Of a DNA stretch of 64,000 bases, positions 1-9,804 are shown one piece after another (positions within the stretch are counted from its first letter, which is position 1; each line of letters opens with the position of its first letter). This DNA is from an uncultured Gammaproteobacteria bacterium. Lineage in GTDB: Bacteria > Pseudomonadota > Gammaproteobacteria > CAWCPV01. A program made the translations under genes and the position numbers. Under the pieces are notes generated by a model that searched no databases, was not told the origin of the DNA, and worked only from the letters and a program-made list of their open reading frames with translations. The DNA lies in assembly GCA_963797555.1 (NCBI GenBank), contig CAWCPV010000009.1, forward strand, positions 1 to 64,000, written 5' to 3'.

Positions 1-503
1 GCAGAGCCTACGCCCAGCGTGGCAAGCACCAACGTAACAGGGCATCGACGGCGAAGCAAGAGAAGGCGACAGAGGCCATCGAACGATTGGAAAGGCAATG
101 CGAGCAACTCAACGAACGCATCAACGCGATGGAAAAGCGCGTGCCATTGAAGAGCATTTATGAGGCGGACAAGATCGTACATCACGAACGCGAACGAAAA
201 ACCATTACCCAGCTCATCAAGGTCGTCGCTTATCGCAGTGAGAGTTGTCTCGCGAGCATTGTCGAACCCTTTTTCGTGCGCCACGACGACGAAGTTCGCG
301 CCTTCCTCAAAGCCGTGTTCTGCTTACCCGGCGATATTATCCCGGATTACCAGCGCCATGAATTGCGGGTGCGTCTCTACGGCTTGGCCAATAATCGATC
401 TCAACAAGCTATCATCGCTCTTTGCGAATATCTGAATACCCAGCCGATGAAATACCCTGGCACCCACCTGCGCCTGGTCTACGACACCGTCCAGTCGCAT
501 TGA
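1..503 (+). mobile_element. 3' end of a putative transposase, truncated by the window edge
   Basis: ORF 87..503 ends ...ALCEYLNTQPMKYPGTHLRLVY, resembling C-termini of a family of large putative transposases. It is followed by an IR-like GTCAGGAGTTCTG (~515-527) that abuts a 5'-truncated IS5 gene. Confidence 0.6.
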
Positions 504-530
504 ATTTAGCGCCAAGTCAGGAGTTCTGCA

Positions 531-1086
531 GTGGATTTCAAGGGCGAGAAGCGCAGCAATGATACCCACGCCTCGACCACCGACCCGGAGGCACGGCTCT
601 ACAAGAAAGCCGAGGGTGAGAAGGCGCGTCTTGGCTACCTGGGACACGCCCTGATGGAGAACCGCACCGGCTTGGTGGTGGATGTGGAGACCCCCCGAGC
701 GAGCGGCACCGCGGAGCGCGAGGCCGCCGAGGCGATGGTGAAGCGCTCGGTCCAGCCAGGCGCCACCCTTGGGGCCGACAAGGGCTACGACACCGCCGAG
801 TTTGTGCAGACGCTGCGTGAGCGGGGAGTCACTGCGCACGTGGCCCAGAAGAAGCTGGCCAGCGCCATCGACACGCGCACCACACGCCATGCGGGCTATG
901 CGGTGAGCCTGAAGGTGCGCAAGCGGGTGGAGGAGATCTTCGGCTGGGCGAAGACCGTCGGGGGGCTTGCGCAAGACCCGGTTTGTGGGCCTCGCCAAGG
1001 TGACGGCCCACACCGTCTTCACCTTCGCCGCTTACAACTTGGTGCGCATGGCGACGATCTTTGGCTGGCGACTGAGCACTGCATAG
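531..1086 (+). pseudogene. IS5-family transposase, 5'-truncated and frameshifted
   Basis: Motifs DFKGEKRSNDTHASTTDPEARL, GHALMENRTGLVVD, TLGADKGYD and RKRVEEIFGWAK. After a frameshift in the G-run at ~960-966 the frame continues RKTRFVGLAKV...AAYNLVRM to TAG at 1084-1086. An end-like TTTTTCAATAGCCTGTTA lies at ~1237-1254. Confidence 0.85.
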
Positions 1087-1240
1087 GGCGAGATCCGCCC
1101 GCTGGTCGCCCAAAGGCGGCCACAGCCCCGAACGGGGACGAAAATACCGGCTGAAATCCGGTTTGCGGGTCCCACAACGGGTTTGCAACGCTGAATTCGG
1201 CACCATCAGAGATCCGTAGCCGAAGGCATCGGGGAATTTT

Positions 1241-1804
1241 TCAATAGCCTGTTAAGTGCTCACGCATCTTGCGGCTGCCGTAGAACGGGGTCTTGAGGTA
1301 CTGCTCATCGATGAGGCGCGTCAGCACGAGATCTTCGGGGTCCATCGGCCGCGGCCGGTAATACCATGCCGAACGGCTGACCCCCAACGGCGCACACTGG
1401 CGCACGAGACTCAACTCGCCGTGGTCCGGGGCGATCATCGCGCACCTCTGCGCCCGGTCAACACACCGGGCATGCTCGCCAAAAAATCGCGTTTTACCTT
1501 GAGCTGTCCGATCTGCCGGTACAGTTCGGCGACCGTGGCTTGCCCGTCGTCCTTGTCCTTCTCACGCCTACCGAACAGCTCCCCGCCACGTTCTACCAAT
1601 TCCCGCCGCCAGGTATTGACCATGGTTCGGGTGCACCTCGAAGCGAGCGGCCAACTCAGCCACCCTCTGCTCGCCTCGCAGCGCCGCCAACGCGACCCGC
1701 GCCTTGAACTTAGCACCGTACTGCCTGCGTCTGTTGCTCATCTCCGTCTCCACTGGTTCACGTGGCTCGGAGCTTATACCCCTGTCAGGTTTCTGGGGTC
1801 CACA
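1241..1804 (-). mobile_element. IS3-family remnant (frameshifted orfA, truncated orfB)
   Basis: orfA: [24 protein letters not shown]...LYRQIGQLKVKRDFL. orfB start: LSLVRQCAPLGVSRSAWYY...IDEQYLKTPFYGSRKM. Terminal IR 5'-TGTGGACCCCAGAAACCTGACA on the minus strand (1804-1783). Confidence 0.85.
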
Positions 1805-1940
1805 GTACTCGTGGTGCATCACTGAGACGGGGCGCAGCGTGACCCTGCTGGTGCTGCCCGAGGAATATCTCTACCCAAGGAAACGCCGGCCCGGGCGGCG
1901 CAGCCCGATGCTCATTGGACGCCCTGGTGAGCTGCCTTAG
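1805..1940 (+). pseudogene. C-terminal remnant of a small plasmid/ICE-type hypothetical protein interrupted by IS3
   Basis: [19 protein letters not shown] resembles the recurrent WIITEADRSxTTILLPxEY C-terminal motif and begins right at the IS3 end. Confidence 0.45.
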
Positions 1941-2229
1941 GGGCGGACTGTGCGCCGCAGAAGGGGCGGAACCACGCGGCCACATTGACGCAGGCCGGAA
2001 GCGGATGGCGGACGGGCCATTGCAGCGTGCAGCATCGGGGGCGGCGGGCGAACCCGAGGAGCGGCCCGGGTGCGCCGGGTGTCTTTCCGCGGAAAAACTA
2101 TCTTGCCCCCATGCGCGACCGCCCTCGCCATGAGCTGCGACGAGGCCCCCTGGAATCGGGTTCAGACGGCCGGTCCTCCAAGCCGCGCCAAAGGTGGGGT
2201 TCGCGGGTTGCCGTTCGGAGGGTAGCGGT

Positions 2230-2433
2230 TCACTTAGGCACGACGTTGACTGCCTGCAAACCCTTGGGGCCGCGCTGCACCTCGAAGGTGACGGCCTGGC
2301 CTTCCCTCAGAGAGGTGGCGCCGGCGCCGGCCTTGATGGCGGTGTGGTGCACGAACACATCGTCACCACCGTCCTGCGTGATGAACCCGTAACCCTTGGA
2401 ATCGTTGAACCACTTCACTGTGCCTGTAGCCAT
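2230..2433 (-). CDS. cspA: Cold-shock protein (CspA family)
   Basis: [33 protein letters not shown]...[10 protein letters not shown], with RNP1 and RNP2 motifs. Confidence 0.95.
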   Translation of the reverse strand: MATGTVKWFNDSKGYGFITQDGGDDVFVHHTAIKAGAGATSLREGQAVTFEVQRGPKGLQAVNVVPK

Positions 2434-2816
2434 AGAGACCAACCTCGAATGATACTGCGACCATGAAAATGCGCCGCCAAGCCCTTTCTCCTCCTCGCTC
2501 GCGTGCGCGAGACAGAGGGGCGAGGGGACCGGTCACGGCGCCGCAACTGTTCCCATGCTCCGGGGGGGCGGATATCGCCGTGACGGGTTGGGTAAGGTGT
2601 ACGTGCAGGTCAGGGAGTGGCTCCCACGGAGGGATGTTCGGGAAGGGACTACCGGAAAGGGGCCACGGCCAGTGACTGCAACCGCGCTAGTCTACGCCCA
2701 CCTTCCAGAGAACACCAGCGGGAGTCTTTTCCAACATGGTATGAGTCTGAACGGTGGTGTGTGTTTCGAGCGAGGTATGAGTCTGAAGCGAGCTGAGTGG
2801 ATCGATCATCGGGTGC

Positions 2817-4069
2817 ATGGTGATCGACATGAGCGAGCAGAAGCTGGTCACGCTGACGCAGTTGCGGCAGTTCCTGGAAGGCACTGCGGAGGTCGAGTTT
2901 CGGGGATGTGGGCACGACGAAGACCGCTACCGGCACCATCCAGCAGGTGCTGAGGCGCTTCGGCTACAGCCGGCTCAAGCGGGCCGACAAGGGCGTGGTG
3001 GTGCGTTATCTGGTGCGTACCCCGGGGTACTCGCGTCAACAGATCACGCGGCTGATCAAGCGTGCATCGGCCGGAGTGCTGAAGAAGGCGTACCGGGCGC
3101 CGAAGCGCGGGTTCGTGCGCCGCTACACCGAGGCCGACGTGGCGTTGCTGGCCCAGACCGATACACTGCACGGTACGCTCTCGGGGCTGGCGACACGCCA
3201 TCTGATGCAGCGCGCCTGGGCCATCTATGGGGATACCCGCTACGAGCGACTTGCCGCGATCTCGGTGGCCCATCTTTACAACCTGCGCAAGCCGCGCCGG
3301 CTACATCGAGCGGCGACACGAATCGGACCAAGACACGCGCCACGGCACTTCCCATCGGCGAGCGCCCGCTCCAGAGGGCCGTCCGGGATTCATCCGCATC
3401 GAAGCCGTGCATCAGGGCGATCAGGACGGGCTCAAGGGGGTGTATCACATCAATGCCGTCGACGGCCTCACTCAGTGGGAGCTGGTGGCGAGCTGCGAGA
3501 AGCTGAGCGAAGCCTACCTGCTCCCGGTCATCGGCGCGCTGCTCTCGGGCTTCCCCTTCCGCATCTTGGGCTTTCACGCCGACAACGGCTCGGAGTACAT
3601 CAACCGCCGGGTGGCCGCCATGTTGGAGAAGCTGCGGGTGGAATTCACCAAGTCGCGCCCGCGGCACTCCAACGACAACGGCCTGGCGGAGACCAAGAAT
3701 GCTGCGGTCGTGCGCAAGCACTTCGGCTATGCTCATATCCCGCAGCGTTTCGCCGCCGAGATCAACGCCTTCTGCGCCGAGCAGCTCAACCCGTATCTCA
3801 ACTTCCACCGACCCTGCCTGTTCGCCGAAGAGATCACCGACCCCAAGGGCAGGTGCCGCAAGCGCTACCCGCAGCGGCTGGTGATGACACCCTTCGAGAG
3901 ACTCTCCGGCCTCGACAACGCTCAAGCCTTCCTGAAACCCGGCATCACCCTGGAGGGCCTGCGCGCTCAGGCGCTGGCGCTCTCGGACAACGAGGCCGCC
4001 GAGCGGCTCAACCAAGCCCGCCGGCAGCTGTTCCTTTCCATCCAACAGCGATCCCGCAGCGTCGCTTAA
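2817..4069 (+). pseudogene. Integrase-core (DDE) transposase split by frameshifts
   Basis: Spread over ORFs 2817, 2908 and 3227. Motifs GFHADNGSEYIN, FTKSRPRHSNDNGLAETKN and YLNFHRPC. Confidence 0.85.
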
Positions 4070-4089
4070 GACTCACCGCACCACGGGTC

Positions 4090-4190
4090 TGTGGATTTGT
4101 GGACAGTTCGCCTGTCGGCGAACCGGGCGGCTTGCCGTGGATAACGCTGCGCGTTACCCACCGCGCCGCCCTCTGCCCACAAGCTCCACA
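4090..4190. repeat. Multi-stem palindromic element downstream of the transposase
   Basis: Outer stem TGTGGATTTGTGGACAG/CTGCCCACAAGCTCCACA. Inner stems GTTCGCC/GGCGAAC, GGGCGGC/GCCGCCC and GTGGATAACGC/GCGTTACCCAC. Confidence 0.7.
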
Positions 4191-4219
4191 GACCTCCATC
4201 AAATTTGAGACAAAGACTC

Positions 4220-5473
4220 GTAACTATTCACCTACCCCAACCGCGGCATAGGCGGCGCCCCCTGGAAGGTCATGACCAAGGCATGGAAGAGGTCGGCGGA
4301 TTGTTTGCGCAAGGTGGAGAGGTAAGAGCGGATGGTGGCGAATGCTGCAGCGCCCTCGGAGGAGCGAAAGCCTCCGGAGACCTTCTGTTTGACCTTGGGC
4401 ATGCGCACATCGCGCTCAGCTTGGTTGTTATCGAAGGGGACGCGGAGATCCGTGAGAAAGCGCAAGGTATCGTCGCGGCGCTCGCGTAGGCGCCCGAGCA
4501 GATTGTAGGCGGGTGAGTGCTTGATTCGCCCGCGGGTGCCGGTGCGCTGGGTGTTGCGGGGGTTGAGTGCCGCGCCTTGGGTGAGGATCGTGTCATAGCG
4601 CGCCTGAAACTGCTCCAGGGCGGGTGTGGGCAGGGCCGCGAGTCCCTGAGCGCGGGCTTGATCGGCGGCCTCTTTGGCCTGGCACAGGAGATCGATCATC
4701 GGTGCCGCCCAGCTCTGCTCGGGGAAGCCCTCGATGAGGCCGATCAACTCCCGCAGGTGATGAGCGTTGCAGAAGGCGTGCAGGCCCGGGTAGCAGTCGT
4801 AGGCACACCAGTGGTCATGGACCAGAATGCCGGTGTAGTGCGCCAGCAGACCGAAGGCATCCAGGGCGGCCTGGCCGCGCTTGGCAGGGACAAAGCAGGT
4901 GGTGAGCGTATCGGTGCTCAGAACATGCAGCCAGTTGAGCTTGCCGTCGACGCGCACACCGGTCTCGTCGGCGTGGGCCACCGCGGCACGCGCGAGCGCT
5001 TGGCCGATGGTCGCTACCTGCGCCTGCACCCGCATGGCCGCAGACCTCACTGCGGCATGGATGGTAGCAGGAGAGATGGCGATGCCGGCCAGCTCATCGA
5101 GCAACGCAGCTCGGGCAGCGCCGAGGCGAGGATCCCCGCACGGCAGCACCCGCAATCGCAGTGCCCAGTCAGCGGCAGGAACACGGTGCGGTCGGGTTCG
5201 TCCACCAGCCCCATCGTCGCGCCAGGATTGAACGGGGGATCCGATGACGGTGGTTTGCTGGACTTGTGGCTGTCCTTGGCCAGTCGGGCCTCCAAGTCTT
5301 GGACCCGTTGCAGCAGTTGCGCCACCTGGGCGCGCAATGCGGCGTTCTCCGCACGCAGCCGCTCTAGCTCGCCGAACAGGGCGGCATCGAATGGGGTTGC
5401 ACTCTGTTTCTCATGCATGCACTAAAGTGTCACGCATAATCAACTGTCCTGCAAGAGATACCTGAATAGTTAC
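4220..5473 (-). mobile_element. IS66-family element (single-ORF type), internally deleted or frameshifted
   Basis: Perfect IRs GTAACTATTCA (4220-4230) and TGAATAGTTAC (5463-5473). 8-bp target duplication AAAGACTC at 4212-4219 and 5474-5481. Transposase motifs LAKDSHKSSKPPSSD, HADETG, CNAHHLREL and PFDNNQAERDVRMPKVKQKVSG. Confidence 0.92.
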
Positions 5474-5617
5474 AAAGACTCAACATCAAAACCCATCGCT
5501 CAGACTCACACCTCTATTGGAATTGACTGCGGGGAGCGGAATCTCATCGTGTGCTCACCGCCGGGGCGCGACCGCCATAGGCGTCACGGTTCCGACTGTG
5601 CCACGGGGTCAGGCCGG

Positions 5618-6244
5618 TCAGGGGGTCCCGAGGCGAAACTCCACCTTCGCCCCGCCGACCTCGACGAGGTCGTGATCGCGCAGGACATGAGCGCCGGAAT
5701 CGACGGCTCGTCCGTTGACCGAGATGGAGGCCGCGCCTGCGCCGAAGCTGACCACCGAGTAGCCTTCGCCTCGTCTCACGATGACGATCACTTGATTCCC
5801 GAACGTCCCCACCGGGGTGAAGGCCTTGGTCAGCTCGACGACCTTGCCGGCCTCCGCGCCGGCCAGGCGTTTGATGCTCGCTGTGGGCCGAGAACCCGTG
5901 CCTGTTGGCGCCGCGGGGCGCATAGACAGTACCATGGTCTCTTTGGCACGAGACACCCCTTCGCTCAGGTAGCGGATCTGGTGCTGGCCGACCTCAATGA
6001 TGTCACCGTGTCTCAACAGCCGCTTCGCGACCTTTTCTCCATTCACCAGCGTGCCGTTCCTGCTGCCAAGGTCTCGGACCACAGCACCGCCCTCTTCCAG
6101 CGCAACCGCCGCGTGGTTTCGGCTGATGGTAGGGTCGTCCGGCCGGATTTCGTTGTCGGGCCCGCGCCCTATCCGCGCGCCCCGTTCATCGAGCGCGTAT
6201 TCACGGATCACAGTCGCCCCTCGGGCGAGAATTAGCTTTGGCAT
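5618..6244 (-). CDS. FHA-domain protein with two FHA-like domains
   Basis: IGRGPDNEI...ISRNHA...DLGSRNGTLVNG is a canonical pThr-binding FHA. The C-terminal SVNG...LRDHDLVEVG region is a degenerate second FHA. Confidence 0.9.
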   Translation of the reverse strand: MPKLILARGATVIREYALDERGARIGRGPDNEIRPDDPTISRNHAAVALEEGGAVVRDLGSRNGTLVNGEKVAKRLLRHGDIIEVGQHQIRYLSEGVSRAKETMVLSMRPAAPTGTGSRPTASIKRLAGAEAGKVVELTKAFTPVGTFGNQVIVIVRRGEGYSVVSFGAGAASISVNGRAVDSGAHVLRDHDLVEVGGAKVEFRLGTP

Positions 6245-6304
6245 CGCTGGTGTTACCCCCTATATCACGCTAACGGGTATTGTGTCTGGCGCCACCCCAG
6301 AGGA

Positions 6305-7791
6305 CTAAAGAGACTTAGGGGTGGGAGACGGCGGAAAGAGGTCGCGCAATTTCTTGGCGGCTTGACCCCGCAGCCTAACGTGACCCGCCGGAGCGACTCG
6401 TACCGGGACTGCTTCGGAGGGCGCACATTAAAGAGGCCGTCGGCGGCTTGCCGCCTTCAGGCTCATTCGGTCCCGGCATCCACCGTCTCCCACCTCTGAG
6501 TGTATTGCGACCCGAGACGGTATGGAACGGGTATCTCTTTATCAAGCGCGTCATCGGACTTGATGTGCATCAGGGGCAAGTTACCGCCTGTGCGATCATC
6601 GAAGAGCCCGGATGGGCGGATCATCGCTGAGCAACGGCAATTCGGCGCCTTCAAGAAAGACCGCTGGGCGCTCGGCGAGTGGTGCGCGGGTTTCGCCCCC
6701 AGGAGGTGGTCCTGGAGAGCACCGGCATCTACTGGAGGAGCCCCGACGCCGCCCTGGAGGCGGAGGGCATTCGGGCCAAGGGGTCAATGCCCGCCACGTC
6801 AGGTTCCCAGACGCAAGACCAACATCGGTGATGCCCAATTGCTGGCCCGGGCCGGTCTGTTGCGAGCCTCCTTCGTCCCCCCGGCCAAACTGTGCGAGTT
6901 GCGCCTCATCGCCCGGTAGCGCCAGAACCTCATCGGCTTGGCCGCCTCGCAGAAAAACCGGTTGCCACAAGATATTCGCCGACGGGCGTAGGGGTGAGCG
7001 ACATCCACGGCCAGTCTGGCCGTGCCATGGCCACGGCCCTCCTCCAGGGGGCCGCTCCCAACGAGGTCCTTCCGTTGGCCAGCCGCTGCCTGAAGGCCAG
7101 CCGGGAGAAACTGTTCGATGCCCTGCCAGGGGCCCTGACCGACAGCCATCGCTCCGTCCCCGTTGAACTGATGCGCCACATCGAAGATCTCGAGTCGCGC
7201 ATCACCCGCTTCGATGCCCGTCTGCTCGAAGGCCTGAGGGATGAGCACAACCGCCTGGTGCTGCTGCAAACCCTGCCCGGCATCGATCTCATCGGTGCCG
7301 CCATGCTGCTGGTGGAAATTGGCAACGACATGAGCGTCTTCGGCCGTGCGGATCGCCTCTCCTCCTGGGTGGGCATCTGCCCCGGCAACCACGAGTCGGC
7401 CGGCAAGCGCCAATCGGGGCGCCAGGAAAGGCAATCCCTATGTCCGCCGTCTGCTGTGCGAGTTCGCCCATGCCGCAAGCCGTACCCGATGCGCCGTGCA
7501 GTCGAACTTCCAGGCCCTGATCGTACGCCGAGGACGTGAACGAGCCACCATCGGCCTGGATCACAAGAGGTTGCGGACCATCTTCTTCATTCTCTCGCGC
7601 GGCCAACCCTACCGCGATTCGACTATCGACCATGCAGCCCTGTTCGTGAAACGCAATGCTCCGCGCTGGATCAAGGCCCTGACGCGATTCGGCTTCCTGC
7701 CAACTCCAGCCTGAACGCCTCTTCCCACAGCCTATGGCCTTCATCGGTCAGGCGCCTTCACGTCTATTGACCGGCTTCTTTCACGCTAAAG
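6305..7791 (+). mobile_element. IS110-family element with a decayed transposase (~6522-7714)
   Basis: Fragments KRVIGLDVHQ, ESTGIYW, LQTLPGID, WVGICPGNHESAGK and RKGNPYVRRLLCEFAHAA across several frames. CTAAAG occurs at both ends (6305-6310, 7786-7791). There is a ~210-bp non-coding left end. Confidence 0.85.
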
Positions 7792-8601
7792 GCCGGGCAT
7801 CTGGTGGTCGGAACTGTGTCCGTTCGTCGCCGGGTCGTCGATCCTCACCAGGACAACGGAGATGTTGTCGTGCCCTCCCTTTTCGTTTGCCAGCCGGATC
7901 AGTTCGTGGGCGGTACCCTCGGTATCGCGACCGAAGCTGCGGATGTTCATCTCGATTTCTGTGTCGCTGACCAGCCCAGTCAGGCCATCCGTGCATAGCA
8001 GATAGATGTCGCCCTCTGCGGTGCGCTGTTGCTGGATGTCCACTTCAACGCCCTGCTCTGCGCCCAACGCACGCGTGATGACGTTCTTATACTCTGAAAG
8101 CCGAGCCTGCTCTTCGGTGAGGTAGCCGTCCCGCACCAACTCATACACCAGAGAATGGTCCTGCGTGAGCCGCTCGATCTGGGCGTCCCGCAGACGATAC
8201 AAACGGGAGTCGCCCACGTGGCCGATGGTGACGAATTCGCCCAAGAACAGTGCGACCACGACAGTGGTCCCCATCCCAGCGCATTCGGGGCGACTGAGCC
8301 CGGTCTCGTACACTGCCTGATTGGCTTTCTCCACGGACCCCTTCAGCAATGACGCGGCCTCGGCCAGCGCCTGCTCCTCGCGTGCGTCCTTGTCCCATAG
8401 CGCCAACGCGCGCCGCAACTCCGACTTGATGTGGCGCACGGCCGTCCTGCTGGCCACGTCTCCGGCCCTATGTCCGCCCATGCCGTCGGCGACGATCGCC
8501 ACGCCCGTGCGCGCATCCCAGTCGATGGCGTCCTCGTTATGGGGTCGGATGCGCCCGACATCCGTCTCGCCGACGATGTCCACGACCTTATGCCCTCTCA
8601 T
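7786..8601 (-). CDS. PP2C-family Ser/Thr protein phosphatase (Stp1/PrpC-like)
   Basis: TDVGRIRPHNED, VADGMGGH, GMGTT, HVGDSRLY, LCTDGL and GGHDNIS motifs. Confidence 0.95.
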   Translation of the reverse strand: MRGHKVVDIVGETDVGRIRPHNEDAIDWDARTGVAIVADGMGGHRAGDVASRTAVRHIKSELRRALALWDKDAREEQALAEAASLLKGSVEKANQAVYETGLSRPECAGMGTTVVVALFLGEFVTIGHVGDSRLYRLRDAQIERLTQDHSLVYELVRDGYLTEEQARLSEYKNVITRALGAEQGVEVDIQQQRTAEGDIYLLCTDGLTGLVSDTEIEMNIRSFGRDTEGTAHELIRLANEKGGHDNISVVLVRIDDPATNGHSSDHQMPGL

Positions 8602-8695
8602 TGCGGGCCCTCGCGGAGAACTGGTTGGGCGGTCTGGCTGGTGGCTGTGAGGGCCGGACGGGCCGGCGCAACGGCGCGATCTCGGCGTCGACGCT

Positions 8696-9766
8696 TCATG
8701 TATCGTCCCCCTGTTCCAGAAACCGCTCGAAGGTGGCCTTGTTCGCGGCTTTCCTGTACGCCTCCTTGCCGGTGATCAGCTTCCCGTCCAGCAAGCGGCG
8801 AAGCGACGTGTCCAATGTCTGCATGCCCAGCAACCCTCCCCCCTGAATGACGGTGGTCAACTGCTCCGGCTTGCCTTCGCGGATGAGATTGGCCGAGGCT
8901 GGTGTGTTGACCAGAACTTCGAACGCGGCGACCCGGCCCTTGCCATCGGCGCGGCGCAGCAGTTGCTGCGACACGATGCCGCAGAGGGATGTCGCGAGCA
9001 TCGCCCGCACCCGGGCCTGCTCACTCGCCGGAAATACGCTGATCATCCGGTCGACTGTCGATGCGGCCCCTGTGGTGTGGAGCGTTGCGAGGACCAGGAT
9101 ACCCGTCTCGGCGGCGGTCACTGCGAGGCTGATGGACTCCAGATCACGCAGCTCACCCACCAGGACGACGTTCGGATCTTCTCTGAGTGCCGACCGTAAC
9201 GCGCCAGAGAAGCTCGCGGTGTGGGAGCCTACCTCGCGGTGCGATATCAGGCAGTTCTTACGGCGGTGGATGAACTCGACCGGGTCCTCGATGGTGATGA
9301 TGTGCTCGTGCCGATCCTGGTTGATGAAGTCCAGCATGGCGGCAAGCGTGGTGGACTTCCCAGCCCCGGTGGGCCCGGTTACCAGCACCAGTCCCTTCTT
9401 CTGCTTGCAGAAGATCTTGACTACGGGGGGCAAGCCCAGTCCGTCGATGGTCTGCACCTCGGTGGGGATGACCCGAAACACGGCCCCGAGTCCGCCCACG
9501 TGCCGGAACACGTTGGCGCGAAACCTCGACAGCCCCGGCACTTCGTAGGCGAAGTCCAGGTTGTGGTGCGTCCCGAACGCTTGTTGCGCGGCCTCGCTCA
9601 TGACCTCGAATATTAGCTCCGAGGTCTCCTCGGCGGTCAAGGATCGGTACTTGATCGGGAAGAGCTCTCCGTAGAGGCGAATCCGGGGCGGGTTTCCCGA
9701 GACGAAGTGCAGGTCGGACCCGGCCTGCTTGACTGCCAAATCAAGGAAGCTGTCGATTCGGGCCAC
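8696..9766 (-). CDS. pilT: PilT-family type IV pilus retraction ATPase (paralog 2)
   Basis: SDLH, GPTGAGKSTT, TIEDPVE, LREDPNVVLVGELRD, AAETG..TLHT and ASANLIREGK. GTG start chosen at 9766. Confidence 0.9.
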   Translation of the reverse strand: MARIDSFLDLAVKQAGSDLHFVSGNPPRIRLYGELFPIKYRSLTAEETSELIFEVMSEAAQQAFGTHHNLDFAYEVPGLSRFRANVFRHVGGLGAVFRVIPTEVQTIDGLGLPPVVKIFCKQKKGLVLVTGPTGAGKSTTLAAMLDFINQDRHEHIITIEDPVEFIHRRKNCLISHREVGSHTASFSGALRSALREDPNVVLVGELRDLESISLAVTAAETGILVLATLHTTGAASTVDRMISVFPASEQARVRAMLATSLCGIVSQQLLRRADGKGRVAAFEVLVNTPASANLIREGKPEQLTTVIQGGGLLGMQTLDTSLRRLLDGKLITGKEAYRKAANKATFERFLEQGDDT

Positions 9767-9804
9767 CTCAGTCCCCCCGGAATGCTGCTGTCGACACGGG
9801 TTCT

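Larger units (their letters stand above)
2723..5528 (+). mobile_element. IS with an rve/integrase-core transposase (ISNCY/IS481-like), carrying a nested IS66
   Basis: Imperfect IRs AGTCTTTTCCAACATGGTATGAGTCTGA (2723-2750) and TCAGACTCACACCTCTATTGGAATTGACT (5500-5528). Flanking 5-bp direct repeat GCGGG at 2718-2722 and 5529-5533. Confidence 0.8.
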
